Assembly (NCBI RefSeq): GCF_002310835.1
Contig: NZ_CP011042.1
Coordinates: forward strand, 90,001-122,000
DNA: 32,000 bases
From: Pseudoalteromonas tetraodonis
Lineage (GTDB): Bacteria > Pseudomonadota > Gammaproteobacteria > Enterobacterales > Alteromonadaceae
Reading direction: 5' to 3'
A program made the position numbers and the translations under genes. Of the stretch, positions 1-9,331 are shown one piece after another. The stretch's first letter is position 1, and each line of letters starts with the position of its first letter. A model generated the notes under the pieces. That model was not told where the DNA came from. It searched no databases and saw nothing but the letters and a program-made list of their open reading frames with translations.

Positions 1-12
1 ACAAAACAAACA

Positions 13-672
13 ATGCATTTATTATTAGTTGAAGATGATCATCTTGTGGCGCAAGGGCTTTGCCGCTCGTTGCGCCAAGAAGGCTACAGTGTAGAACACA
101 GCGCAACGGTTAAGCATGCGTTGCAATGTTTAGGCAGTGGCGAAATAGAGTTGGTTATACTTGACCTAGGCTTACCTGATGGTGATGGTTCGCAAATTTT
201 AAAGCACATAAAAGCACAAAAAAAAGTCATTCCGGTGGTGATACTAACCGCTCGCAGTAGCATAGATGACAAAGTGCAAGGGCTTGATATGGGGGCTGAT
301 GATTATTTAGCTAAGCCATTTGAACCAGCCGAATTATTTGCTCGTTTGCGCGTAGCGAGCCGACGTGTAAATCAAGCTCAGTCGAGTTTATTACAATGTG
401 GTGATGTTACTATGGATACGTCAGCGCACAGTGTCACACTTAACGATGAGCTACTTTCTCTGCCGCGAAAAGAGTACATGCTGCTAAAAGCGTTACTGGA
501 AAACCAAGGTCGCGTGCAATCTAAGCAGCAGTTAGAAAATAAACTCTATCAATGGGGTGAAGAGGTTGGCTCTAACACCATTGAGGTGCATATTCATCAC
601 CTACGAAAAAAATTCCCCAGCGATTTTATTAAAACTCTCCGTGGTATTGGCTATGTTGTGGGAAAGAGATAG
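13..672 (+). CDS. OmpR/PhoB-family response regulator (receiver + winged-helix output domain)
   Basis: 219-aa ORF. Receiver motifs VILDLGLPDGDG (phospho-acceptor Asp) and LAKPF. C-terminal EVHIHHLRKK...LRGIGY is typical of trans_reg_C. The kinase gene follows 63 nt downstream. Confidence 0.9.
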   Translation: MHLLLVEDDHLVAQGLCRSLRQEGYSVEHSATVKHALQCLGSGEIELVILDLGLPDGDGSQILKHIKAQKKVIPVVILTARSSIDDKVQGLDMGADDYLAKPFEPAELFARLRVASRRVNQAQSSLLQCGDVTMDTSAHSVTLNDELLSLPRKEYMLLKALLENQGRVQSKQQLENKLYQWGEEVGSNTIEVHIHHLRKKFPSDFIKTLRGIGYVVGKR

Positions 673-735
673 CTCACGTGATTAAAACGCCCCCTAGATT
701 GCACAAACTTGAATTTACAAAGGTAACCATGCTCT

Positions 736-2037
736 ATGTCAATTCGTAAGCGTTTAACACTTATCTTACTGTCAATGATGGTGTTAACCTGCTTTTTAGC
801 TTTAGTAAAAGGCTATCAAAAAAGTATGAGCCATGGTGAGCAATTACTCGATAGTGAGCTAAAAGTGGTGGCTGGAGTCTTGATGCAACAGCCTCTATCT
901 ATTAACGCTATGGCGCCAAAAATGCAAGAAAGCGCCCAGTTACTGTATCAAATTTGGCAAAGTGGTGAGCTACTTAGCGGTTCTGACGAATTAAATCTTG
1001 ATTTGAGCCAATATCAAGCGGGTTTTCAAACGCTTAATATTGCAGGGCAGCGAATGCGGGTATTCGTTTTTGCTACTTCTTTACGCACTGTTATTGTTGC
1101 CGAGCCGATTGCTAAGCGGTTTGAGCTTGCCGAGGCGGTGATTTTATCAGCCATGTTACCCATGTTATGGGCGGTTCCTTTGCTTGCGCTATTTATTAGC
1201 TTTTTTGTTAAATATGCACTGGCACCGTTAACCCGTTTATCAAAACAGTTAGCCCTGCGCCAAGCAAATGATTTCACAGCGATCAATTGGCAGGTGACGG
1301 ATGAAGAAATAAAACCAGTGATCAGCCGCTTAAACGACTTATTTAAACGCGTAGAAACGGCCTATTTACGAGAACGTTTTTTTGCCTCAGATGCCGCCCA
1401 TGAATTACGTACTCCCCTGAGCAGTTTAAAAATTAATGTGCATAATTTGGCCGCCCAACAAGGCGATAACCAAGAATTACAAGCCATGACTCAAGGTATT
1501 AATCGACTCACCAATATAGTGGAGCAAATGCTAATACTAGGGCGTACTCAGCCAGAGCAGTGGCAAAAGCAGTTTAAAGAACAGTCATTATTAGCGATCA
1601 CGCAAGAAGTAGTTAGCCAACTATATGAAAAAATAGAGGCTAAAAATCACACTATTAGCCTTGAGGGAGATGACTTTACTATTAACGGTGATGAGTTTAC
1701 CTTAGTGACGTTGATTTCAAACCTACTGAGTAATGCTATAAAGTACGCGCCTGCAAACGGACAAATAAAAATTACCCTAAAGCAGATGCACAGGCAGCGT
1801 ATTTGGCAAATAGAAGACAGCGGTCCAGGTATGACTGACGATCAAAAACAACGGATATTTAACCGTTTTTATCGCGTTGGCGGTGACCAACATCCTTCGG
1901 GTGAACAAGGTGCGGGCTTAGGCATGGCAATAGTCCAGCACATTATTGCTATTTATAGCGCTGAAATTAATTTAACAGACAGCGATTTGGGCGGCTTAAA
2001 AGTACAGGTAGTTTTTGCAGGAGCTAAATGTGATTAA
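736..2037 (+). CDS. Sensor histidine kinase (membrane-anchored, HisKA + HATPase_c)
   Basis: 433-aa ORF with an N-terminal and a mid-protein hydrophobic segment. H-box AAHELRTPLSSL, N-box LLSNAIKYAP, G-boxes DSGPGM and GAGLGMAIV. Confidence 0.9.
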   Translation: MSIRKRLTLILLSMMVLTCFLALVKGYQKSMSHGEQLLDSELKVVAGVLMQQPLSINAMAPKMQESAQLLYQIWQSGELLSGSDELNLDLSQYQAGFQTLNIAGQRMRVFVFATSLRTVIVAEPIAKRFELAEAVILSAMLPMLWAVPLLALFISFFVKYALAPLTRLSKQLALRQANDFTAINWQVTDEEIKPVISRLNDLFKRVETAYLRERFFASDAAHELRTPLSSLKINVHNLAAQQGDNQELQAMTQGINRLTNIVEQMLILGRTQPEQWQKQFKEQSLLAITQEVVSQLYEKIEAKNHTISLEGDDFTINGDEFTLVTLISNLLSNAIKYAPANGQIKITLKQMHRQRIWQIEDSGPGMTDDQKQRIFNRFYRVGGDQHPSGEQGAGLGMAIVQHIIAIYSAEINLTDSDLGGLKVQVVFAGAKCD

Positions 2038-2383
2038 ACGACTTATTCACCCCTATTTATATTGTTGCGTATTTTTATCATTTAACGCCGCCAGTAAAGA
2101 CTATCTTATTGTACTTAAAGATCATTTGTTTTATCCCGCAGAAATCGTGGTGCCAGCCAATAAAAAGGTACGCTTGTTAATCGAAAATCAAGATAGTACG
2201 CCTGAAGAATTCGACAGTTTCGATCTCAACCGAGAGAAAGTACTTTACCCTAATCGCAAAAGCGTTATTTATATTGGGCCGTTAACCCCTGGGCGTTATG
2301 AATTTTTTGGCGAGTTCTCGCCCAATACGGCGCGTGGTGCTGTAATAGCGACCGAAAAGGAGGATTCTGATGCTAATAACTAG
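2030..2383 (+). CDS. Secreted cupredoxin-fold-like protein
   Basis: The ORF track starts at TTG 2015. I prefer GTG 2030 because AGGAG (2019-2023) sits 6 nt upstream and the product then begins with a signal-like MIKRLIHPYLYCCVFLSFNAA. The beta-rich body (PANKKVRLLIENQD..PEEFDSFDL..GRYEFFGEF) resembles cupredoxin-like domains. Overlaps the kinase stop by 8 nt. Confidence 0.6.
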   Translation: MIKRLIHPYLYCCVFLSFNAASKDYLIVLKDHLFYPAEIVVPANKKVRLLIENQDSTPEEFDSFDLNREKVLYPNRKSVIYIGPLTPGRYEFFGEFSPNTARGAVIATEKEDSDANN

Positions 2384-3110
2384 CCTTGTGATGAGCCTCA
2401 ATCAGTTATTGCCGGTGGCCATTTTACTTATTTTACTCCAAGTGATTGCCAAGCAAAGTTTAGTGAAGGTACTGGGGATGCTTGTTTTAGGTGTGGGGCT
2501 ATCATTTTTATTTGTAAAAAGTGCTCCGCTAATTAGTCCCTTGTTTGACTACCAGGGTTTAGAATATACCCAAATTGCTTTATGTGTTTTAGTGTTTATC
2601 AGTGCGCTGTACTACGCCATTAAACAAGCAACGCCTGCATTTATGATTGCGATTATCAGTGTAATGACTCTTTATTTAAGTCATTACATTATTTACCTGA
2701 TTGGCTTTTGGCAAAACAACGAAGCAGCACAAAGCTTATTTATTGGCACTTTTTTAGGCTTAGGGATATGCAGTAGCTTTAGTGTGTTGTTGTATTTTTT
2801 ATTGAGTGCAATCAAACAGCGCTTTGGGCTTATCCCTTTATTGGTATTGTTAGCATTAAACAGTGCGGCAAAACTGGTTGTGGCACTTGATTTGGCGAGC
2901 CAAATTGATTTGATAGCAACAACGGCAACCGTATGGGATTTACGTGCTATTTTAACTGAAAACTCAGAGTTTGGACGGGTTTTGCGCGCACTTATCGGTT
3001 ATGAGGCTACGCCTAATTTAACCAGTGTTTTAAGTTATGTGCTGAGCAGCGTGTTATTTTTATCAGTTTGTTATTTTATTCCTAAATCAATAACTAAGGA
3101 ACAATCATGA
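2370..3110 (+). CDS. Polytopic inner-membrane protein, function unknown
   Basis: 246 aa, almost entirely hydrophobic helices. AAGGAGGA lies just upstream of ATG 2370. The start overlaps the upstream gene by 14 nt. No REXXE motif, so not a canonical FTR1 permease. Confidence 0.6.
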   Translation: MLITSLVMSLNQLLPVAILLILLQVIAKQSLVKVLGMLVLGVGLSFLFVKSAPLISPLFDYQGLEYTQIALCVLVFISALYYAIKQATPAFMIAIISVMTLYLSHYIIYLIGFWQNNEAAQSLFIGTFLGLGICSSFSVLLYFLLSAIKQRFGLIPLLVLLALNSAAKLVVALDLASQIDLIATTATVWDLRAILTENSEFGRVLRALIGYEATPNLTSVLSYVLSSVLFLSVCYFIPKSITKEQS

Positions 3111-3820
3111 AAGCAATAAACCTATTTGCAGCCACTGTATTAATTGGTTTTTGTTTATTAATACCTAAGCTGGCTTATGCTGATGGCATAGTGGTTGATA
3201 AAGTTTATCATCCTTATGTGTTGCCGTTTGAGCGTGAGCTAGAGTGGCGGCTTGTGTCACATCAAACCGACAGTGGTAATATTTTAGCGCAGCGCGTTGG
3301 CTTAGGCGGCGCAATTAACGACACCATGGCATTGGAAGGCTATTTAGTGGGCGAGCGCGATGATAATGGTGACTTTGGCTTGCAAGCGTATGAGTTAGAA
3401 CTTCGTTGGCAGTTAATAGAGCAGGGCAGGCTATGGGCTGATTGGGGCGCGTTATTTGAATTTGAAAAACAGCATGACGCCGACGCATACGAAGCAACCA
3501 CCGGTTTTGTGATTGAAAAAGAGTTTGGTCGTGCAAGTCTCACTATGAATGCATTTTTAGTGTACGAGTGGGGCCAAGATATACAAAATGAGTGGGAAAG
3601 CGAATTTAGAGCGCAATATCGCTACCGCTATTTGTCTGCTTTTCAGCCCGCGGTTGAGGTTTATCTTGGCGAAGACTTTGTCGGTATTGGCCCCGGATTT
3701 ATAGGGTTACATCGCTTTGATGGACAAAAACAATTAAAGTGGGAAGCCGGTTTTATTACTGAAATCAGCCAGTCAGAGAAAAATCATAGCTTTAGAATGG
3801 CACTAGAATTTGAATTTTAA
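3107..3820 (+). CDS. Small outer-membrane beta-barrel-like protein
   Basis: 237 aa. Signal peptide ends ...IPKLAYA/DG. Alternating aromatic/polar strand-like segments. C-terminus ...ALEFEF has the terminal-Phe OMP signature. ATGA start/stop overlap with the upstream gene (3107-3110). Confidence 0.6.
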   Translation: MKAINLFAATVLIGFCLLIPKLAYADGIVVDKVYHPYVLPFERELEWRLVSHQTDSGNILAQRVGLGGAINDTMALEGYLVGERDDNGDFGLQAYELELRWQLIEQGRLWADWGALFEFEKQHDADAYEATTGFVIEKEFGRASLTMNAFLVYEWGQDIQNEWESEFRAQYRYRYLSAFQPAVEVYLGEDFVGIGPGFIGLHRFDGQKQLKWEAGFITEISQSEKNHSFRMALEFEF

Positions 3821-3892
3821 GCTCTTTAAACAAGTACTTAATTTATAAAACGGGCTGCTTAAGCTATTTTATAAATTAAATCGCATTAAGGG

Positions 3893-3920
3893 TTGACTTG
3901 AGTCTGTAACTCTATATAGT
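3893..3920 (+). promoter_or_regulatory. Candidate sigma70 promoter of the cold-shock gene
   Basis: -35 TTGACT (3893-3898), 16-nt spacer, -10 TATAGT (3915-3920). This implies a ~150-nt 5' UTR, as known for cspA-type mRNAs. Confidence 0.45.
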
Positions 3921-4080
3921 AGTCCGCAGCTAGAAAGAAAGCATGATAATTTATAAATCTCCATTTCGTTGTTGTATAAGTAATACTTGTAGTACCGTCC
4001 TGAAGTTTTTAAGTACCATCTCATTTTTTGCTACACCGCCCATTAGGGCACAATTTAATTTTTATATCAGGAATAATACT

Positions 4081-4290
4081 ATGTCTAACATCGTATCAGG
4101 TACAGTTAAGTGGTTCAACGAGTCTAAAGGTTTTGGTTTCATCGAGCAAGAAAATGGTCCAGACGTTTTCGCACATTTCTCAGCAATCAAAAGCGAAGGT
4201 TTCAAAACTTTAGCTGAAGGTCAACGTGTAGAGTTCACTCTTTCACAAGGTCAAAAAGGTCCTCAAGCTGATAACATCACAGCTCTATAA
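4081..4290 (+). CDS. Cold-shock protein, CspA family
   Basis: 69 aa from ATG 4081: [36 protein letters not shown]..., with RNP1 KGFGFI and RNP2 VFAHF. The 3943 start in the ORF track is a non-homologous upstream extension. Confidence 0.95.
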   Translation: MSNIVSGTVKWFNESKGFGFIEQENGPDVFAHFSAIKSEGFKTLAEGQRVEFTLSQGQKGPQADNITAL

Positions 4291-4310
4291 TTTTACTTTT
4301 AAGTAAAATG

Positions 4311-4337
4311 AAAAAAAGCGCTTAAGGCGCTTTTTTT
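4311..4337 (+). terminator. Rho-independent terminator after the cold-shock gene
   Basis: AAAAAAAGCGC-TTAAG-GCGCTTTTTTT: perfect hairpin followed by a T-run. Confidence 0.8.
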
Positions 4338-4380
4338 GTGTCTAAAATTTAAGAATATCTCCCCACCATCTGTAAATTTA

Positions 4381-4540
4381 TACCAATTCGCTTAATTAAG
4401 CGGTCTATTTTGAGGCAGGAAAAACGGGTTGATAGCTAGGCAAAAAATTCGCTATTTAGTTGTTCTAAATGAGAATTTTTTAACACAGATAGCGACACGT
4501 TTAGCCCCGCAAAATGATTGAGTATTATTGCGGATTGGTA
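4381..4540. mobile_element. 160-bp MITE-like fold-back element, copy 1
   Basis: Termini TACCAATTCGC ... GCGGATTGGTA are imperfect inverted repeats. The interior is a long imperfect palindrome centred on AAAAAATTC..GAATTTTTT. Flanked by TTA/TTA (4378-4380 and 4541-4543). A second copy lies at 5604-5763. Confidence 0.8.
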
Positions 4541-4654
4541 TTATTAACGATAGTCATTCTCAAATCACCTGCTATTTTTAACATTATAAAAGTGCTATAA
4601 ATTAATAGTTTCTACATGCTTTCTAGGTTAAGGTTATTACTTAAATTATAGGGG

Positions 4655-5413
4655 GTGTTTATTTTTAAATTTACATTATTAGCGTTAGGGTTGCTATTTA
4701 GCCATAATATCCAGGCTAATGCGCCTAAATTGGTTATTTATACCGAAAGCTTTGCCCCTTACAATTTTCAAAATGAAGCTGGGCAGCTAGCGGGTATTAA
4801 TCATGATATAGTGAAAGATGCTTGTGCTCGTGCCGCACTAGAGTGCGAATTTATTATGTTACCTTGGAAGCGTGCTTACCAGTTAGTGCAAAATAACCCG
4901 CACTCAGCCATCATTTCTCTAGCAAAAACGCAAGAACGTATTCCTCTTTTTGAATGGGTGGGACCTTTGGTATCGAGCCAAACCTACTTTTTTAAATTAA
5001 AAACTAGCGACCATATTGTGATGAATGATATATCACAAGCTAAAAACTACTCGTTGGGCATAGTGCGAGGCGACATTTATGAAATGCTGGTGCGTCGACT
5101 TGGGTTTGTTACCGATAAAAACTTATTACTGTTTAGTGAAGCAGACTCATTTATGCGACTGTTTTTTAAAAAACGCATCGATTTAATTATTGGCTCTGAC
5201 TTTACTATTGATCATCAAACTGAGCCATTTGGGTACTCTAGGGATGACTTGGTGAAGCTCAAGCAAATTCATGTGGATGAGCTTAAAGGCAACTATATTG
5301 GCTTTAACAAAGCCGCTTCACCTGTGGTAGTAAAACGCTTTAATCAAGCACTTGAGCAGCTTAAGGCAGAGTCTGGCTATGAAACTTACATTAAACGTTA
5401 TGTAAAAAATTAA
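4655..5413 (+). CDS. Periplasmic solute-binding protein, family-3-like (orphan, no transporter partners)
   Basis: 252 aa from a GTG start. Signal peptide MFIFKFTLLALGLLFSHNIQANA. Size and LVIYTESFAPY...WKRAY pattern are typical of SBP_bac_3-like proteins. Confidence 0.7.
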   Translation: MFIFKFTLLALGLLFSHNIQANAPKLVIYTESFAPYNFQNEAGQLAGINHDIVKDACARAALECEFIMLPWKRAYQLVQNNPHSAIISLAKTQERIPLFEWVGPLVSSQTYFFKLKTSDHIVMNDISQAKNYSLGIVRGDIYEMLVRRLGFVTDKNLLLFSEADSFMRLFFKKRIDLIIGSDFTIDHQTEPFGYSRDDLVKLKQIHVDELKGNYIGFNKAASPVVVKRFNQALEQLKAESGYETYIKRYVKN

Positions 5414-5603
5414 GCCTATAGACAATAATAAACACGCCTAAGCACAGAAAAACTCAAAAAGTTTCCACTTAATAATGCCTATATTACCTCTTCACAGCCT
5501 TCATTCTTGTTAACTTCGTTACCTTTTATACTCTCAAGTGCCTTGTAAAGGGCTAATAAGTAAATGCTCCTACAGCTACACAGTTGTTCATATTTTTTAG
5601 TAA

Positions 5604-5763
5604 TACCAATTCGCTTAATTAAGTGGTCTATTTTGAGGCTGGAAAAACGAGTTGATAGCTAGGCAAAAAATTCGCTATTTAGTTGTTCTAAATGAGAATT
5701 TTTTAACACAGGTAGCGACACGTTTAGCCCCGCAAAATGATTAAGTATTATTGCGGATTGGTA
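5604..5763. mobile_element. 160-bp MITE-like fold-back element, copy 2
   Basis: Same orientation as copy 1, with 5 differences in 160 nt counted by eye. Flanked by TAA/TAA (5601-5603 and 5764-5766). Confidence 0.8.
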
Positions 5764-5867
5764 TAAGTGCAATGATGGCTTTTGATGGCGTAAAGAGTGC
5801 GTGAATGAAAGCTTTGCTAGGGAATTTTTAGGTATGAATTGCTGAGGATTTAGAAAGTAGAGGCTAT

Positions 5868-5897
5868 AAAAACGATAAAAGGGCCTTGCGGCCCTTG
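5868..5897 (-). terminator. Rho-independent terminator downstream of nupC
   Basis: The minus strand reads AAGGGCC-GCAA-GGCCCTT followed by TTATCGTTTTT. Confidence 0.6.
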
Positions 5898-5985
5898 GTG
5901 AAGTATCGTTCAAGTCAGATAGTGCTTTAACCCCTTAAAGCGCTATCCTATTGTTTTGCAACAGTTGGATCGTCTCATTAAGTTT

Positions 5986-7209
5986 CTAAGCTAGCGAGAG
6001 GAAAAACCCAGCAATTGCTGCGCTCATAAGGTTAGCCATAGATCCTGCTAACACTGCTCTGAGCCCTAAGCGTGCGATATCCTTTCGCCGACTAGGCGCC
6101 ATACCGCCTAATCCACCTAGTAAAATGGCTATCGATGATAAGTTAGCAAAGCCACACAAAGCAAAGGTAACAATTGCTTGTGTATGCGCACTTAACGTAT
6201 CGCGATAATTTATAAAGTCTAAGTAAGCAACAAACTCATTCACTACTAACTTTTGACCAATAAAGCTGCCGGCTATAATTGCCTCATTCCACGGTACACC
6301 TAATAACCATGCAACAGGGGCAAACAAGTAGCCTAAAATTTCTTGTAGCGTTAATGTAGGATAATCAAACAACCCACCAATACCGCCTAATAAACCGTTT
6401 AATAACGCAATCAGTGCAACAAATGCTAAAAGCATAGCACCTACGTTTAATGCTAAGTGCATACCGTTTGCTGCGCCTGATGCTGCTGCGTCAATAACAT
6501 TAACCGGTTTGTCGTCGCCTAAATCTATATCGGCTAAATCATCTTTAGGTGTTTCTGTCTCTGGCACTATCATTTTTGCCATTAAGAAACCACCTGGTGC
6601 TGCCATAAAACTGGCTGCAATTAAATATTTAAGGTCTACACCAATAATTACGTAACCGGCCATTACAGAGCCTGCTACGGTGGCCAAACCACCTACCATT
6701 ACGGCAAATAACTCAGATTTGGTCATTGTCGCAATAAACGGTTTAACAATGAGTGGCGCTTCAGTTTGGCCAACAAAAATATTTGCGGTGGCTGAAAGCG
6801 ACTCGGTGCGAGAGGTTTTCAATAATTTTTGTAAACCACCGCCTAAAATTTTAATTATCCAATCCATAATGCCTAAGTGGTATAACACAGCAACAAGTGC
6901 TGAGAAAAACACAATAACTGGCAATACTTGAATGGCAAAAATAAACCCTAGCGTATCTTGCGATGCTAATGGGCCAAATAAAAAGCCAATTCCATCGTTG
7001 GCATACCCAATAACCGATGAAACGGCGCGAGACATACTCGCTAATACATTTTTGCCTGCTTCAAAAAACAGTACAAAACCGCCGATAATGACTTGCATTA
7101 AAAATGCGATACCCACGGTTCTTAGTTTTATTGCTTTGCGATCAGTTGAGGCCGCAAAAGCGATGCCTAGTAGCACTAGCATGCCTACTAAGCTCATAAA
7201 TGTTGTCAT
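5986..7209 (-). CDS. nupC: NupC/CNT-family nucleoside:cation symporter
   Basis: 407-aa polytopic protein collinear with E. coli NupC from memory, e.g. ...NEFVAY...[20 protein letters not shown] near the C-terminus. Confidence 0.9.
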   Translation of the reverse strand: MTTFMSLVGMLVLLGIAFAASTDRKAIKLRTVGIAFLMQVIIGGFVLFFEAGKNVLASMSRAVSSVIGYANDGIGFLFGPLASQDTLGFIFAIQVLPVIVFFSALVAVLYHLGIMDWIIKILGGGLQKLLKTSRTESLSATANIFVGQTEAPLIVKPFIATMTKSELFAVMVGGLATVAGSVMAGYVIIGVDLKYLIAASFMAAPGGFLMAKMIVPETETPKDDLADIDLGDDKPVNVIDAAASGAANGMHLALNVGAMLLAFVALIALLNGLLGGIGGLFDYPTLTLQEILGYLFAPVAWLLGVPWNEAIIAGSFIGQKLVVNEFVAYLDFINYRDTLSAHTQAIVTFALCGFANLSSIAILLGGLGGMAPSRRKDIARLGLRAVLAGSMANLMSAAIAGFFLSLA

Positions 7210-7226
7210 ACAAACGTTTCCCGTTG

Positions 7227-7874
7227 TTATTCTTGTAAAATGTACTTTATTTTACTTTTTATAATATCAATCGCAACGCGATTCATACCGCCTCGAGTCA
7301 CAACTAAGTCAGCGTTATGCTTTGAAGGCTCAATAAATTGATAAAACATCGGTCTAACAGTTGCTTGATATTGCTCAACAACAGATTGTAATGTTCTGCC
7401 TCTTTGTTCCATGTCGCGTTGCATTCGGCGCATTAAACAAATATCCAATGGCGTATCTATAAACACCTTGATATCAAATTCTTTATTAAGCGCTTTATCA
7501 CTCAGTAATAAAATACCTTCTACAATGAGTATTTTAGCCGAAGCCACACGGCGCGTTTTATCGCTACGTGTATGCTGAGCATAATCATAAGTTGGTACTT
7601 CAACAGAGTGGCCATTTCGAAGTTGCGTTAAATGCTCAAGCAATAGCTCGTGTTCAAATGCATCAGGATGGTCGTAATTCGTTTGCGTACGATGTGCCAT
7701 CGGCAAATGCGATTGATCCTTGTAATAAGCATCTTCTTCAATAATGGCGATAGCGCCTGGTTCAAGCTCATTTACCAATTCATTGTAAATAGTTTGGCTA
7801 AATAGAGATTTGCCGGACGCCGATGCGCCTGCAATAGCTATAATAGTTCGTGTCACTAAAGTTCTCACCCACAC
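7227..7874 (-). CDS. udk: Uridine/cytidine kinase
   Basis: P-loop [42 protein letters not shown] and [12 protein letters not shown] closely parallel E. coli Udk. The start is uncertain: GTG 7874 as in the ORF track, or GTG 7856 giving [10 protein letters not shown]... Confidence 0.9.
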   Translation of the reverse strand: MWVRTLVTRTIIAIAGASASGKSLFSQTIYNELVNELEPGAIAIIEEDAYYKDQSHLPMAHRTQTNYDHPDAFEHELLLEHLTQLRNGHSVEVPTYDYAQHTRSDKTRRVASAKILIVEGILLLSDKALNKEFDIKVFIDTPLDICLMRRMQRDMEQRGRTLQSVVEQYQATVRPMFYQFIEPSKHNADLVVTRGGMNRVAIDIIKSKIKYILQE

Positions 7875-7929
7875 AGAAGGATATATTGTTGGTAGATCAC
7901 AATAGCAAAAAAGACACGATTAATCTCTT

Positions 7930-7959
7930 TTGCTTCGCTTAAGAGTGCAAATTTATAAT
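7930..7959 (+). promoter_or_regulatory. Candidate promoter for deoB-deoD
   Basis: -10 TATAAT at 7954-7959. Weak -35 TTGCTT at 7930-7935 (18-nt spacer). Confidence 0.35.
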
Positions 7960-7975
7960 GTTTAGGTTTTATGAA

Positions 7976-7993
7976 ACAGGACTTATGTCCTGT
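7976..7993. promoter_or_regulatory. Perfect 18-bp palindrome, candidate operator in the udk/deoB divergent region
   Basis: ACAGGAC-TTAT-GTCCTGT, located about 17 nt downstream of the TATAAT box. Confidence 0.4.
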
Positions 7994-8048
7994 ACGGAAA
8001 ATTCGAAGAGCAGATAAAGTAACCACCTAGAACAGATGTGAGGTCACA

Positions 8049-9266
8049 ATGGCAAGAGCAATTATCTTAATGGCGGATAGTTTAGGAATTGGCGCAGCAC
8101 CCGATGCAGATAAATTTGGTGATGTTGGTGCTAATACATTCGCACATTTACTCAAGGCATATTATGACGAGACTGGCAGTAAGCTTTCGCTTCCTAACCT
8201 TTCAAAATTAGGGTTAGTGGATGCATGTGAAGCCGCTGGTAAAGAACCCTGTTTAGTTGCTGAGCGGCATGAACCACAAGGTGCATGGGGTTACGCAAAA
8301 GAGCTTTCAAGCGGTAAAGACACGCCATCGGGTCATTGGGAAATGGCAGGCGTGCCAGTGTTATTTGATTGGGGTTACTTCCCTAAAACACAGCCGAGTT
8401 TCCCACAAGAATTTGTAGACGAGTTTATTGCTCGCACAGGTATTCCGGGCATTTTAGGCAATTGCCATGCCTCAGGAACCACGATTTTAGAGCAGCTAGG
8501 TGAAGAGCACGTAAAAACAGGTAAACCAATCTGTTACACCTCAGCTGACAGTGTGTTTCAAATAGCCGCGCATGAAGAATCATTCGGCCTAGAGAAGCTT
8601 TATCAAGTTTGCGAAATCGCACGGGCGCTGCTTGATGAAATGAATATAGGGCGAGTGATTGCGCGGCCATTTTTGGGTTCTAATAATCAAGATTTTGCCA
8701 GAACAGGTAATCGTCGTGATTATTCAGTATTACCGCCATCGCCAACATTGCTTGATGTACTTGCAAAAGACGGTGGCGAAGTTATCAGTATTGGTAAAAT
8801 TTCAGATATTTATGCGCATCAAGGCATTACCCAAAAGCATAAAGCGCCAGGGTTAATTAACTTGCTAGAAAAAACCAGCGAAGTGGTGGCGACTGCGCCG
8901 GATCACAGTTTGATTTTTACCAATTTAGTTGATTTTGATGAAAAGTTTGGTCACCGCCGTAATCCTGTTGGCTATGCGAAAGCGCTCAAAGAGTTTGATG
9001 ATTACTTACCCACTATTTTAGCGCAATTAAAGCCGGATGATTTATTAATGATCACCGCCGATCATGGCTGTGACCCGACCTTTCCAGGGTCTGAGCACAC
9101 CCGTGAATATGTGCCGGTTATTGCCTATCAGACAGGGATGAAAAATACCCCGCTGGGCGAACGCAATAGCTTTGCCGATATTGGCCAAACGCTTGCACAA
9201 TGGTTTAACCTTAAAGCGTTAGAATATGGTGATGGCTTTATTGATAAGCTGAACACAGTTAAGTAA
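8049..9266 (+). CDS. deoB: Phosphopentomutase
   Basis: 405 aa. [45 protein letters not shown] and [10 protein letters not shown] match E. coli DeoB motifs. Confidence 0.95.
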   Translation: MARAIILMADSLGIGAAPDADKFGDVGANTFAHLLKAYYDETGSKLSLPNLSKLGLVDACEAAGKEPCLVAERHEPQGAWGYAKELSSGKDTPSGHWEMAGVPVLFDWGYFPKTQPSFPQEFVDEFIARTGIPGILGNCHASGTTILEQLGEEHVKTGKPICYTSADSVFQIAAHEESFGLEKLYQVCEIARALLDEMNIGRVIARPFLGSNNQDFARTGNRRDYSVLPPSPTLLDVLAKDGGEVISIGKISDIYAHQGITQKHKAPGLINLLEKTSEVVATAPDHSLIFTNLVDFDEKFGHRRNPVGYAKALKEFDDYLPTILAQLKPDDLLMITADHGCDPTFPGSEHTREYVPVIAYQTGMKNTPLGERNSFADIGQTLAQWFNLKALEYGDGFIDKLNTVK

Positions 9267-9331
9267 CTTAAAAATACGCTCGCTATTTTTAAAGTAATAG
9301 GGCTTTTAGCCAAACAAAAGGAAAACAATCG

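Noticed and set aside
2370-3110. Annotating the 246-aa membrane protein as an FTR1 iron permease because of the adjacent cupredoxin-like gene
   Set aside because: No REXXE motifs are present in any predicted helix, so the context-based guess is not supported by the sequence.
3943-4080. N-terminal 46-aa extension of the cold-shock ORF (and the overlapping 61-aa ORF at 4028-4213)
   Set aside because: CspA-family proteins are about 70 aa and start at MSN..GTVKWFN. The extension covers the expected long 5' UTR and lies downstream of the candidate promoter.
5659-5913. 84-aa minus-strand ORF
   Set aside because: It spans the 160-bp MITE-like element and the nupC terminator hairpin, its composition is typical of non-coding sequence, and the equivalent MITE copy at 4381-4540 carries no such ORF.
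6680-7264. Plus-strand ORFs antisense to nupC, and similar antisense ORFs inside ybiT (18165-19492), katG (15865-17101), deoB, deoD and the helicase gene (28608-30123)
   Set aside because: These are shadow ORFs inside strongly supported genes on the opposite strand, with low-complexity or odd composition and no independent support.
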